DNA of 62,098 bases, filler included, from Stramenopiles sp. TOSAG23-6 (taxonomy: Eukaryota), in assembly GCA_900128565.1 (NCBI GenBank). It is 22 parts of 22 records of this genome, joined end to end, with 100 filler letters (N's around TTAATTAATTAA, not from the genome) between each part and the next. Parts side by side here need not be neighbours in the genome. Positions count along the whole stretch, not along the records: positions 34,038 to 36,759 come from LT637855.1; positions 36,860 to 39,581 come from LT637856.1; positions 39,682 to 42,402 come from LT637857.1; positions 42,503 to 45,222 come from LT637858.1; positions 45,323 to 48,041 come from LT637859.1; positions 48,142 to 50,854 come from LT637860.1; 16 more parts are not named here. One strand, written 5' to 3'. Both the position numbers and the translations under genes were made by a program. Below, piece by piece: positions 34,649-48,231 of the stretch (position 1 is the stretch's first letter; every line of letters begins with the position of its first letter). The notes under the pieces were generated by a model. The model did not search any database and was not told the DNA's origin. It worked only from the letters and a program-made list of their open reading frames with translations.

Positions 34649-36759
34649 CTAATGTTCTATTTTAATATTTAAACATCTTCTTTCTAAAGCACGAATAGAA
34701 ACTTCTGTCACATTGCTTAAATCTTTAATATTAATTTTTTGTAGTTCATTGCATGAGGAAGCAATTGCTCGAATTGAAACATCCGTTATTTGATTACATC
34801 CTTGGAGATTAAGGATCAAAAGCTTTGGACAACATCTAGCAATATTAATCACTCCTACGTCTGTGACCGACATACAACCTGATAAATTGATTTCTTTTAT
34901 CTTCATATTACTGCGAAGAAGTAACATTTTCAAACCAACATCTGTCAAGCTATGCCCGAAACGTAAATCAAGTGACGAAGTTATAGGAACTATCGAAGAT
35001 TTACAACGTTTGACTCTTCTTCGTCGGCGTTGAATTGATTTGACTGAAATGATTTTGGGTGTACTTTTCTTCATATGTAATTTTTCATTTAATGGAGACT
35101 TTTTTGGATTTTGACTGTTTTCTTCAAGATTTCGTCTATTTTCGTTAACATTGGGCAAAATATCACCTTCCGTCGAAATGCTTAGTATATTTTTTTTGTT
35201 TTTTTTGTTTTTTTTGTTTTTTTTGTTTTTCGCGCCTTTTATGTTTTTTCTGTTTTTAACATTTGACTTTTTATTGGCATTTCCATGTTTTAATGATTGT
35301 TTTATACTTGCATCCATGACGTCGTCTGATTGAGGTGCTTGTAACAGAGACATTGTGTGCTTATGCTCCTCATCGCGCTGTATTCTACGTAATGTAATAT
35401 CCCTCTTCGTATCACGCAAATTTTTGTTTAATTTCTTATTTTGCTTTTTCACTCTTAAAAGTTCAGCCTCTAGGCGTTTTTCTAACTCTCTCGCAGACTT
35501 CTTACGTTCTGCCATTCTTTTTTCTATTCGTTGCTTTTCCATCAATCGTTTTCTATCAAATCTTGATAATTCGTTTTTTGTTTTGTCTACTGCACCGGGT
35601 TCATTAACTTTACTCTTTTTACCTACAATGTGTCCAAGAGTTTCGTTTTGGTGTTTTTGCATACGAATTTGTTCTTCTAACAAAGATTGTCTTAAATCGC
35701 GTTCGTGTGCTGCATCTTCTTCTCTTTGTTTTTTCTGTTCGTTTTGAACTGCAAATTCTAATCTTTGTAACAATATTTCACGCTGTTCATCATCACTTCT
35801 ACCGCCGCTGACACACATCCTAACAGAGTCGACTGGTGTTTTACCCCACAAATCGTGCTCTAGTGCCAAGCTATTACCTCCTCGATCAAGTAACAATCTT
35901 GCAACTGTTGTGTGGCCGTAAAATGAAGCCAAGTGTAGAGGTGTTTGACCATCTGGAGTCCTCACCTTTAAATTCAGTTTACCTTTACCTAGCTTTTCCA
36001 TTTTTATGGCAGTATCTAGAAGAATTTTCATTGCATTTACACTGCCTTCAAGAGCGGCACAGTGTAAAGCTGTCCAGCCTGCAGAAGACTTCATATTAAT
36101 ATTTGCTCCATGATTTATTAATACAGTAAGAGCATCGGCGTGGTCACCACTTGCGGCTATATGAACTGCAGAGTTTCCAGAATTATCTCTGTACTGAATG
36201 TTATCCGGTGTTTGAACAGAATATTTTTTCCCAATTTGTTTTGGTTTTATCTTGCAATTTTCAATTGTTTGATGACTTGTTGGGAGAACACTGTTTGATT
36301 CTTTCTGAACAGGTAATCCATCCATCAAAATGTCATTCGTAATTTGTTGTTCAACTCTCTCCTCATGAAATGTTTTTTTTTCAGTTTGCTCATTTTCGGA
36401 TTCTTCATTCAATTCGTCAATATTTGGTTCTTTTATAACCGTCTCCTCCCACTCATATTTACCACTTAATAGTTTTTCTAATTCATCAGCAGCACCTGTC
36501 CGTGAGAAAGCAATAAGTAAATCGAATTCATTAGGAATTTTGTTTTCATTAATACTAAAACCGCGTAAAGCACTTGATATATTCATTTTTACTGGCACCT
36601 GACCAAGGTTGTCATTTTCATTCTGTATCTTTGCCAACGCTGCTGATTTTGCCTTTTCGGCTTTATCAGCTTTTATAGCTCGATCCAAACGTAGTGCACT
36701 ATCTGCAGCAATTTTTGCAGTCTTACATTCCATATGTGCTGCATCTGAAGCTAAACACG
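34649..36759 (-). CDS. Ankyrin-repeat, coiled-coil and C-terminal LRR protein, 5'-partial
   Basis: GWTALHCAA, GQTPLHLASFYGH; LSGCMSVTDVGV, LNLQGCNQITD. Confidence 0.85.
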
Positions 36760-36938
36760 NNNNNNNNNNNNNNNNNNNNNNNNNNNNNNNNNNNNNNNNN
36801 NNNTTAATTAATTAANNNNNNNNNNNNNNNNNNNNNNNNNNNNNNNNNNNNNNNNNNNNAAAAAATCAAAAATTTGTTTAGGTACAAAATTTCGTACCAA
36901 AAAAATAATAAATTAATAAATTCATGAAGAAAACGTAC

Positions 36939-38609
36939 ATTCTTTAACAACGCTTCAACTCGTGCATGAATTCCCATTTCCATTAAAAAATTTCCCTGGT
37001 CTGCTGGGCCATATGATCTAAATTTACCTTTATATTCAGAGAATTCATTCGTAGATTCTTTTGTATTTTGTCCCTTTTCTTCCTTAGGGTTAGGCTTTGG
37101 GTTATTTTTCACTGGTTGACCAAATTCATCTATTATTTCATTATTATTAATCACATTTTGATTTTCATGAATGACTCCAGGTTTTGAAAAGTCATCATCC
37201 TTATTTAGAATGAAGTCTAATGTATTTGCTCTATCAACAGCTGATCTTAATTGTGAAAAGTCAACATCAGCACTAAGATCGACTAACCCTGGCTTCTGGA
37301 GGATACTACAAAATTTATGTTTATAAATTCCACGTACTGAATCTTTACAATTTCCATCTTTTCCATAATCAGTAAATAAAGCAGCGCCTCCATCCCTTTG
37401 CAACCGCCGGGTTACATCAAAAGCAAGCGTCTGACCAGCTGGACATATTTCAATTGACTCGCCAATGTCAACTTTATCTTGTTTGTTCACACCATTTACA
37501 CCGACAATGCCACCAACACGATTACCTAGTAATAACGTACTTGCAGGAGTGGGTATAGGTGACAATACAAGTCTAAAATTGAATGGCGAATCAGAAGAAT
37601 TGTCTACATCTATAAGACGTTCACACCATCCTCTTTCAGTCATTTGAAATTGATGTACAGGAAGAGCATCAAAGAGTTCTTGGGCAACCATTAAAAGTGG
37701 CATACCTGATGGAACTTCGTCAAACTTTTCATACCATTCAACTGGAGCTATTGAATTCATTTCATTTTGCTCATATGATTCAGAATTTTCTTTACTTCTA
37801 TCTTGAGTTATATTAAGGTTACGATTATCTTGGGTGTTATCTACTAGAGATGTCCTAAAACCACCATCCATTAACGACTTTTGCTGTATTGCTTTTAAAC
37901 CTGAACTAACTTCAACTAAATGTGGACGCACAGCAGACGAAAAATCAGGAAAACGCGAGACAGTGCGTAAAATATCTTTCATAAGTGTTCCTCTACCAGG
38001 ACCCATTTCCAGTAATTGAACTTCCTTTGGAGATCCCATTCTCTGCCATTCAAGTACAAACCATAAAGCAATCAATTCACCAAATACCTGGCTAATCTCT
38101 GGAGCAGTAGTGAAATCACCTTGGGTCCCGAAGACATCGCCAGACATGTAAAAACCTGCGCTTGGATGAAGAAGCGTTTGTTTCATGTATTCTGCAACAC
38201 TAATTGGACCAGTTGCTTCTATCATTTGACGAAGCTCATTTGCTAATTCAGTTGGCTCTTCTTTTTCATATTTTGTTGACTGAGTACTATCGGAACTCTT
38301 AGTCGCATTACTTTCACCCATTAAACCTGAGCGATCTATGGAAATAACTTGTTCATGAGACTCACTAGCGACAGCAACTTTACTACCAGAGTCACCTTTC
38401 GTCTTCGAAGGTGCCTTATCTTTGCCATATGTAGCCATGCTTTCTTCTGATTTACGTTGTAAACGCTTTGAATTATCCTTTTTCCATCTTTGTTCTAAAT
38501 CAGCCGACGACCCTGGAAAGTTTTTTTTCGAGAAAAAGCGACTTCCACGAAAACCAACAACACGTCTGCCAATAACGGAAGCACGGCATGCAAGAATATT
38601 GAGTGACAT
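36939..38609 (-). CDS. NDUFAF7: NDUFAF7/MidA mitochondrial arginine methyltransferase, 3'-partial (family intron starts 36938)
   Basis: GDFTTAPEISQVFGELI, EMGPGRGTLM, QELFDALP, PGLVDLSADVDF; Arg/Ser-rich presequence. Confidence 0.92.
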
Positions 38610-38915
38610 ACTGTATGAATTTTTATCTCTAGTTGTGTTATGTATACGATGAAAAGAAATACTCAAATTCTTATGGTTTCTTGGCGTAGTACTTCTATAC
38701 TGACTGACTGGTACGAGAATTGGAAGCGGAAGTCGAAGTCGATGTGTTGACACCAAAAATACGAATTGACAGACGTCATAACACCATCAGACGCGCGAAG
38801 ACTCGGTACCGCGAAGAAGTACAAAGAAGTGCAAGATCTAAAATAAAAGACACAATAATCAATCACGGTGGCAACTTCAGGTTATAGTGTAAAATATCAT
38901 AATATTATCAAAATA

Positions 38916-39528
38916 ATGGGCTCTGAATTACGAGAATATAATCGCAATAATGCATTAAAGGCTATTGAATTAGAAAAAAAGCGTGCTGCAGACTCACATC
39001 GCATGGATTCGCTTCTTCGTCGAGCAGTTCTTGTAGAAGGTGCAGATGATGATAAAGATGACGACCTAGGTGCGAACGATTTGTCAACAGAGTGTGCAGA
39101 AGATATTGCCGAGAATATAGTAAATATACAAAAGATATCTATTGCTGACCAGCGATCAATTAAATCAAAGTTTGCAAGAAATATGGCCGCAACTGCATCA
39201 GGAGTTGCAAGGCTCGATTCTTTTGTATCCCGTAATATGCTCGCTGCTCGCAAAGAGCTTGAAATAGCTCTTATTAATCAAAAATCAACCTCAAAGGCTG
39301 ATATCAGTAACATTTTACCTAAACGTATTAAAGATTTACAAAGATATCTTGCAGCACATGGTCAAAATGTATATTACTTCAGTTTTTTTTTTTATTTTTT
39401 TACCATGAAAATTTTTCCTAGAAAATTTTGTACCTAACAAATTTTGAATTTGNCATATTTTTTCACGATACATGATGACGGAGAAGCAGTTGATTTTGAG
39501 TCTTGGGTTGTAGAGCGTTCGGACATAT
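38916..39528 (+). CDS. Unknown protein, first two exons (intron 39369-39473; next from 39529)
   Basis: In-frame join HGQN|DDGE. Confidence 0.6.
39369..39473 (+). other. Family intron, GT..CAT
   Basis: GTATAT..TACCTAAC..CACGATACAT; phase 0. Confidence 0.85.
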
Positions 39529-39681
39529 GTATGTTTTCAGGATCAATTTTAAATTCATTTTTTTTTCGTACGAAATTTTGTNNNNNNNNNNNNNNNNNNN
39601 NNNNNNNNNNNNNNNNNNNNNNNNNTTAATTAATTAANNNNNNNNNNNNNNNNNNNNNNNNNNNNNNNNNNNNNNNNNNNN

Positions 39682-42402
39682 TGCTTACGTCTAGCTAATG
39701 CCGTTGCCATTGGCGAAGATGTACTTTTATTATCCAATACTGGAATTGATGGAGCGGGTGCCTTTGGTGTATTGAAACTACGCTTACGTCTAGCTAATGC
39801 CGTTGCCATTGGCGAAGATGTACTTTTATTATTCATCAACACTGCAGTTACCGATGGGGGTGCTGGTGGAGGTGCATCTGGTGTCTTAAAGCTACGCTTG
39901 CGTATAGCTAATGCCGTTGCCATTGGCGAGGATGTACTTTTATTATCCGCCAATACTGAAATTGATGGAATTGATGGAGCTGGTGCATCTGGTGTGTTGA
40001 AACTACGCTTACGTCTAGCTAATGACGTTGCCATTGGGGATGATATATGATGCGGCCCTGGATCTCTCGGAGGACTGTCAAATATATTTAGTTGGTGTGG
40101 TGGTGGTGATGGTGCTTCAGCTTTATCTGTACGAAAATTCGATTTGCGCTTTATTAGTGCAGTTGCTAATGGTGATGATGCTACAAGTCTGTGACCATCT
40201 AGCATCCGACGAAACGTTTTTTCGGATTTTGGTTTCAGCGAATTTAGTGCATCATCGAATGGTGATGAAATATGTCTATTTTCTAAGCTAGAACTATCTG
40301 TAGAGTTATCACTATTTGCACTGTCAAGCCTAAACAATTTTGTTCTATTACTCCGAGGTGATAATGGATTAACCATGAGGGGTGGTGATTGATGTTTAGG
40401 ATAGAAAGTTTTAGATGGAACTGAAGCACTCTTTGTTCCACTATGTCCGATATCATTCTGTGTCCCGGGACGTTTGGGGAAATTATTTTCATTGTCTTTA
40501 TTTTCAACGTTTGCACGACCTGATTCTACTGTTCTCTGAAATTGGTTAAAGTCGAGACTTTTATTTGGATTGAATTTGTTCGCAATATCCAGCACTTTAC
40601 GATCATTCTGAGTTATGCCAAGTTCAATTTCTAATTCAGGTGAATCACAGAGCTTATTAATAGGCATTGCAGGTACTGCTTCCAATCTACCTCCTTCAAT
40701 ATCAAATATATTATTGTTTTTCACGGTTTGTTTCATTATTTCCAGGTTATGCCTAATATTTCGAGAAATCTGAGATTGAGATTCCATATTAAGTAGTATT
40801 TGATTTTCAGCAATAATATTTTCCATTTCATTTATTTGAGACAATTCATCTTTCTCTTCTGGTAATTGTTCCTTCCTACTGTTTTCCATTTTATATATTT
40901 GAGATGATTCATTTTCTTCATTTGAAAGGTTTTCTTTTGTTTCATATCGTATGTGGTTTACGGCAATAATATCTTCGATTTCACCTACTGGAAGTAATTT
41001 ATCTTCCTCTTCTGGCATTTTTTCTTTTACATCATATATTATTTGTCTTGTATCATTATTGTTCTTCATTTTATCTTCTTGGGACAATTGATTTTTCTCT
41101 TTCAAAAATTGTGCTTTAATTTTATGAAGTCTTTGTTTTTCAGTATTGACATCTTGCATTTCATCTACTGGAGGCAATTTATCATCATCTTTTGACAATT
41201 TCTCTTTTATATCATGTAGTAGTTCTTCTTCATCATCACTGTATTCTATTTTATCTACTTGGGACAATTGATTTTTCTCTTTCAACAACTGTGCTTTAAT
41301 GGAATGAAGTCTTTGTTTTTCAGTATTAATGTCTTGCATTTTTGCTATCAGAGATAATTCTTCTTCATCTATTGACAATTGTTCTTTAACTTTTGCCAAT
41401 TTTGCATTCGCTTCTGCTCTTTTGACTTGTTGATACTGCCTTTTTTCAAGGTTATTAACTGTAAATTCAAAATCAGTTTCGTTTGTTTCATTTATAAATC
41501 TTTCATATTTTCGCGTGTCTTCTTTATCAATTTGTGTATTTTTCCTTGTAAAGTATTTGGCAATCTGTTTTTCGATTTCTTGGATTTCTTGAATTTGTTT
41601 GTCCATAATGATAAGTTTTTTTTTATTTTCTTTTAGCTTTTCATGCGCAGCAGTTGAATCATAAAAATCTATTTTATCAACTTTCTTTAATATTTTAGAT
41701 GTATTAGTTACAGTAGTTACATTTTGACGGACCAAATCAAGAGCGTTTTGTAGTTCCAAACTGTCACTTTCGTATGCATCTTTTAATTGTTTGATTAGTT
41801 TGTCTTCTTGATTTTTCCGAGGCAACATTTTTTCCGACATAGAACGCACACCTTTTATATAGGACTCTAAATGTTCGGACGTATCTTCAGTAGCTTGGGC
41901 ACTATGTAAAACTTTAGCTTCTAAGAGATTCATGGCATCTAAAAGCTTCTTATTTTGTATTTCAACTAATTCTGCCGTTCGCTTTTTCCCTTCTGACAAA
42001 TACCATGCTGCAAGGGGAGCATCAACAGAAAGTTTCTTTAAGCTAATCATTTCATCTCGAATTGAAAGTTTTCTAGCTAAAATGCGATCATTATTATTAG
42101 CTTGAAGATATTTTGAATGATATAAGTTATCCACAGATCTTTTGTTGAAAGGTTTCAGATAATCTCGAACAAAATTGAGATTCACTTTGGATTGTACTAC
42201 AAAATTGTTATCTATATCATCATAAATTCGCTTCCATCTTTGTACTCCTTCTTTTTCTACATTCATATCAGCTTTAACAGATTCCATCAAGTGTAATAGA
42301 CGAAGTTCTCTTGGAGCTGTCCGACCTAAACGTTCTAACGGTTTACGATACACGTAACTTCTGTGATGATTTGTCGCTGGTGACAATCGAGTTGGTGTAG
42401 GA
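39682..42402 (-). CDS. Large coiled-coil/low-complexity protein with ~40-aa SSPMATALARRKRSF repeats, partial
   Basis: >900-codon open frame with internal repeats. Confidence 0.75.
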
Positions 42403-42501
42403 NNNNNNNNNNNNNNNNNNNNNNNNNNNNNNNNNNNNNNNNNNNNTTAATTAATTAANNNNNNNNNNNNNNNNNNNNNNNNNNNNNNNNNNNNNNNNNN
42501 N

Positions 42502-43805
42502 NTCCGACGTCTCGCTCATAAATCCCGAGATGGATTTCATGAGTCTGTCCACATTTTGCTCGACGCCGGTGCGCAGCAGTGTGGTGATGGCAATGGTGGC
42601 GACATTGCGATTCGGGTCCGATATGAGATGTTCCAAATCAACGTTGCACGGCGCGACGGCGGTGGGGGACCTCAGAACGACACGGCTCAGCGTACGCACA
42701 GCTGCGTATCTCTGCACTGGCGAGTGGGAGCCCAGAAAATCCTGAAGAGTCCCAACCGCGGCAGCGATTTCTCGTGGCTGNNNNNNNNNNNNNNGGCGGC
42801 CTCGTACGCGACTGTGAAGTTTGAGCTTGAGAGTTGGTTGTGAAGGAAGCTGGACAAAAGTCGATCTGGTGTCTCCTGTCGACGAATGACCCGATCAACG
42901 CATCGGATGAGAAGACACTGAGCAAGAGGACCCTTCGGGGGCGACCGTGCAAGCTGTGCTGCGAGTTTTTTGATGGCCATTTGGTCGTATTGTTTGATTT
43001 TGAAGAGTAGCAGCAAGGCATGGAGCTGCACGGTCGGAGAAGGGTTGGTCAAGGCGACCTGTACCTCTTTGGTCCAGCGACGGATGGAGTCGGCGCCTTG
43101 GTCAAACAGGTAATTTCCAGCCAAAAGGGCGGCCGATACGACACTTGGGTCACGGTCGACTATAGCCTGCTTCATCAGGCGGTCAAACCCAGCCACCATG
43201 GAAGGGTCGAGGATCTTGGCCAAAACCCGAAGGGAATTGGCGCGGTAGCTGTCGACTTTCCCTGTCATGTCCTTAGCGAGGCTGTTGACCACCATCATGG
43301 CCTCTTCCGGCTTGGCGGGAAGGTCCTTCAGGGCCAGGTACACCATGCGACGAAGCTGCACGTCGCGCGAGTTGAAGAGCTTCGTGACGCTGAAAAAGAG
43401 ATTCGACACTTCGCGGTCGGTGAAAGATTCTCCCTGCATCATCAGGTGCTCGATCTTCGTGAGAACGTCGTAGCACTGACGCGAGTCGACGATTTTGTCG
43501 TTGAAGCACTTGGCCTCATGCACCACCGCATTCTTGGTCAAGTTCTCGAACGGCGAGGGCTCGAACTCTGGTGGGAGCGGCGCAAAGGTTGGTCAGAAAT
43601 AGGTCCTCGAGCGGTGCAAGAGCGTGACAGTATGCCCAGCACTTCGCGGTGCCGCCGCGACGCGCAACTCACCCTCCCCTNNNNNNNNNNNNNNNNNNNN
43701 NNNNNNNNNNNNNNNNNNNNNNNNNNNNNNNNNNNNNNNNNNNNNNNNNAACTCACCCTCCCCATCCTCTCCTTTGTATTTCCCCGTGTCCATCCGCCCA
43801 TCCAT
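42502..43805 (-). CDS. COPG: Coatomer gamma subunit, N-terminal part (canonical intron 43568-43672), GC-rich scaffold
   Basis: [66 protein letters not shown] intron. Confidence 0.92.
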
Positions 43806-44041
43806 GATGTCACCGCCGCAGCGCGGGATCGCCAGTGCCCGGGCCGCTTACAGAGCTCTTTTGCCTTCTCCAGAGCGAAGAAATTTATTTTTTCGGTCGT
43901 AGCGCTAAAAATTGGCCAATTGGCCAAGGGCCAAGGGAGAGGTCAAAAGCCCTTTCAGCTGTGGTGTGGCGCACGCGTGCTGACGTGTTCCCGGGCCCTG
44001 GTCGGTCACACGCGGGAGCGGGGCCGGATTTTGGCGTCAAT

Positions 44042-44714
44042 ATGATGGAGCAGGTGGAGCAGTTGCTCAAAGAGATCCCTCCCATTACTCGAACGTACAT
44101 GATCGCGGCGTTTGCGACGACGACGGCGTGCTCATTGGAGCTCGTGTCTCCGTACCGCCTGTATTACAGCAGCACACTCATCTTTCAGAAGCTGGAGCTG
44201 TGGCGGCTAGCTACAAACTTTTGTTTCTTTGGCCAGAACTTCCCGTTGGACTTTCTGTTCCACATGTTCTTTCTCGTCCGCTATAGCCGCGCGCTCGAGG
44301 AGAACTCCTCTGTTTAGCCTTCAGTTCCTTGGGTCGTCTCTCACGTTCATGATGGTATATCTATGGGGCCGCCGAAACCCAGCAGCGCAGATGAATTTCC
44401 TCGGCATCTGGCCTTTTACGGGACCTTACCTGCCATGGTTACTCTTCTCATTTTCGCTGGTCCTAGGAGGTGTCTTCAAGGTCGACTTCCTTGGGATTAT
44501 TGTGGGTCATTTGTATTATTTTCTTGAAGACGTTTACCCACGTCTGATTCACTCGCGGTACCGGCTCTTGGAAACGCCTGCGCTAATAGAGAGGATGTTT
44601 GCATCGGACGATAGGGGTGATTTTTTGCTCGAGGATGAAGATGAGGATGAGAATGCGGCGGATGGCGAAGATGGACTAGATGCAGATGCTCCAGGGGGCT
44701 TTCGGGTTGAGTAG
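44042..44714 (+). CDS. DERL: Derlin (Der1-like), with internal deletion/frameshift near 44310
   Basis: IPPITRTY, ELWRL.TNF.FFG, RYSRALEE, LGSSLTFMMVY.WGRRNP, GHLYYFLEDVYP. Confidence 0.88.
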
Positions 44715-45322
44715 CACTTCACTTTAATCACTTCAGTTTAATCACTTCAGTTTAATCACTTCAGTTAATTCTAGAAAAAAAATGCGATGTTGTACATTGA
44801 CAATATTGTATTGACAAATTGTTGCGGAATCTTAGCTTGACACAGCTTATCGCAGCTACGAGCGCTTCGCAGCACAAGATGCCGATGTGTTGTGTTACTT
44901 GTGCTGTTCCTTGTGATGATGATCGTAGTGTTGCTCGTGGTGATGTTGTATCTTGTACTGTCATTGTCGTTTCTGCTACACTGCACATGATAAATGCACG
45001 TATGACATGCACCACGCGCATGACATTTACTATATGTATCACACACGACACAGACTCGTCGTAAGTTGAAACCGAATGTTGAAACCGAATGTAATGTAGT
45101 ACAGTATATTCAAAGGACATTAGCGTACTGCTTCCAAAATTCGACTGATTTTTCATACCGTTTTCTGTCAATGGGTTTCCCAGAACCACCTTCCCCCAGA
45201 GGCAGTGCGTTGCGCATTATTGNNNNNNNNNNNNNNNNNNNNNNNNNNNNNNNNNNNNNNNNNNNNTTAATTAATTAANNNNNNNNNNNNNNNNNNNNNN
45301 NNNNNNNNNNNNNNNNNNNNNN

Positions 45323-46572
45323 CTATCAACATCGACTACACNANTGAATTCGATTTGATCAACTTCACCTATAGCCCTTTCAAAATTATTGATATTATCG
45401 ATATTAAGTAATGGTTCAAGATGTTTTATCAATGGACTTTCCCATGAGTTTATCTGATATGGCTCAGCTGTTGCTTTTTCTGAAAATAATTTCAGGATTA
45501 ATTTTTTGGAAACTTCGCGAAACGCACTTGTATTGGAGTGTTGTAACTCATTACATATGCGAAACAATTGTTTCGAGTCCAATTGCCATACAAGAAAGTT
45601 AAATAAGTCGCCAGTTTCAAAAGAATGCGCAAGCTCAATAATTATTGCCTGTTCCGAAAAAGGAAACTCTGAGAACTCACGTTTTCTTCTATCGAATAGC
45701 TGTTGTGTGGTAAGTTCAGGTTGAGGTTCAGGTTGAAGTTGAAGTTGAAGTTCAGGTTCAGGTTGAGGTTCAGGTTGAGGTTGAAGTTCAGGTTGAAGTT
45801 CAGTATCACACTTCTTATTGTTTGGGTATAATTCAAACTGCAATGATAGTGCATAAGCAAGTCTTGTTTTTTCGATAATACGCTTTGCATGTTCTTTTTT
45901 TTCGTTTTCATCCATTGAGACTTCGACATGTTGTTGCTGTAAGATTGCAGTAAGTAGCTTCAGAAAATTCTCAACTTTTGTATCATCATCTGGCGAGTTC
46001 AATAGTTCTCTCTTGTAGCAGTCATTTCCGTCGGTGGAAAACATTTTACGAATTAAAAGGAGATCAATTTTGTAGAAATCACCATCATATTTAGTACACA
46101 TATCAAATAGCTTTTCAACACTAGGATCAATATCTACGATAACTTCAACAATGTNGGCAAGAACCTCATGTAATGCAAGATAGTTAGCAGCTTCGAGAAG
46201 TTGTGGCAGCGTGTTTTCTTCGTTCCTAATTATGTCCTTAATTGTCTCGTGAGCGTCATCTTTGTTTTCATCGTTTAGTTTCTTCTGAATGTCAAATAGG
46301 GTTTCAAGGTGCTCCGCGGATACCACTGGTAAAGGAATAGGCTTATCATCTTCAGTGTCATCGAGCATTTCGGATATCGTTTGACTCTTTAGAGCTACTG
46401 TTTCAAGGACTTTGATTTCTTCGTTGTCACTTGATTGAACTGTAACACATGACTCGCCATTTGCAGTTCTTAAATTGTGTTTACCCTTTACTCCGTCGCG
46501 TGCAGTGTCTGCACCCATTCCTCCTATTCCTTGTGAAAGAAGTAGGATACTCAGTACAATAATATTAATCAT
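45323..46572 (-). CDS. Skp1/BTB-like domain protein with N-terminal signal peptide, 3'-partial
   Basis: VTVQSSDNEEI.V..VA.KSQTI.EML..PIPLP.V; LLEAANYL; hydrophobic leader. Confidence 0.75.
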
Positions 46573-46856
46573 GTTGAAGGATTAGAATTGTTAGTTTTTG
46601 TAAAGCAAATCAGATTATATCAATGTAATCGTAGTATGCGATAAATTAAAGTTACTGGCTGTTTGGTGCTGTTCATTTTTTTTCATGATTTCGTGTCGAC
46701 TTAAGGCATGATACCCGGTAACTCACGAAATTGAAACTGTCTATTATCAAGGATCTTTCTTCGGAAAAGGACGACGGAGAGGGACGGTTTTTTGTTGTTG
46801 TAATTAGTATATTCAAACATCACATGGAAGAAAAATAAATAGTATTGCAAAATAGA

Positions 46857-47877
46857 ATGAGTACATTACCGAAAGATTGTCAGACTAGGGACACACGTGG
46901 TACAGTGTTTCATACAGTTGATACGTCATCTCTTCAAAAAAGACCAAATACGAACTATTATGGCTCGACAGCGAACGCAACAACAACAACTAATTTGACT
47001 GAACTTCAACAATTATGCCCCATCGTAAGTCAACAAGAGGTTGTAATTAAAAAGCAAGTCATTGAAATCACCAAACGTCTTGAAAAACAACTTTTGTATA
47101 TGAAGAAATGGTCTAGTGTATTCCGCGTACATATCTTAGAACATTCAAATACCGTCAAACTTCGAGATGCTCTACTAGAGTGTGAGTTGGTAGCACATAA
47201 TCATGGAAAGTTACAAGCAAAGGCGACACACCTTCAACTAGAAGTTGATAAATTACATACTTCTGTTTGGGATACAAATACATCAAACTCAGGTACGTCT
47301 TTAGTAAAACCAATTGTACAATCTAATTCTTTAATACAACAGAAAAGAAATCATATTGATATCACTTTGAAAACAGATGTTGGAGACATCGACAATTCTA
47401 AAGATTTTGAGAACAAAACTGTTACACTACAAGAGATAAAATTAAGTCAACTTCAGAAAAAAATATCTGAACTGCGTAGTCTTCAATCTGGATCACTCTT
47501 AGAGGCTTCTTATTGTATAAGAAAAAATAATCAAAATATTGAGTCTATATTAGCAAACATTCAAAATGCATTTTCAGAAATTGTAGAAAAAACAAAAACA
47601 TCAAACAAATCAAAAACGTCAAAAACGTCACAAATTTCAAAGAAAGAAGAAAACATTGCTGCAATGACTATTGGAGCTTTACTTGTCTTGTTTACAACAG
47701 AACAGAAAATATCTGATATAATTTACAAATCTCGTAATAACCCTAACCCTAACGCAAAACAGTATTCATCAAATTTGTGTGTATTATCATCAATGAAAAA
47801 ATTTCAAGATAAATTAAGAAATTGGATTGTCACATTTAGTGTTCAATGTATAGAAAAAGCACCAGACCTAAATTTAT
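46857..47877 (+). CDS. Coiled-coil unknown protein, 3'-partial (family intron from 47878)
   Basis: Long ORF running into GTATGT. Confidence 0.65.
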
Positions 47878-48231
47878 GTATGTTTTTTTTTTCAATTTCG
47901 AATTTATTTTTTTTCCGTAGTTTATTTTATACCAAACAAATTTTTGATTTTTGATTTTTTTTTTTTTTTTTTTTTAAATTTTTTTTTTAAATATTTCGTA
48001 CGAAATTTTTTACCTAAAAAAAAAAAATTCAAAATATTTTTNNNNNNNNNNNNNNNNNNNNNNNNNNNNNNNNNNNNNNNNNNNNTTAATTAATTAANNN
48101 NNNNNNNNNNNNNNNNNNNNNNNNNNNNNNNNNNNNNNNNNAAAAATTTTCAAAAAAAAAATCGGTAGGTAAAAAATTTCGTATGAAAAAAAAATTCGAT
48201 TTTTTTGTAAAAAAAAAAAAATAAAACATAC

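Noticed and set aside
43020-44045. 341-aa plus-strand ORF
   Set aside because: Antisense shadow of GC-rich COPG, spanning a gap
44300-44320. Programmed frameshift in Derlin
   Set aside because: A conserved segment between LEE and FLGSSL is missing, pointing to an assembly deletion; no slippery site
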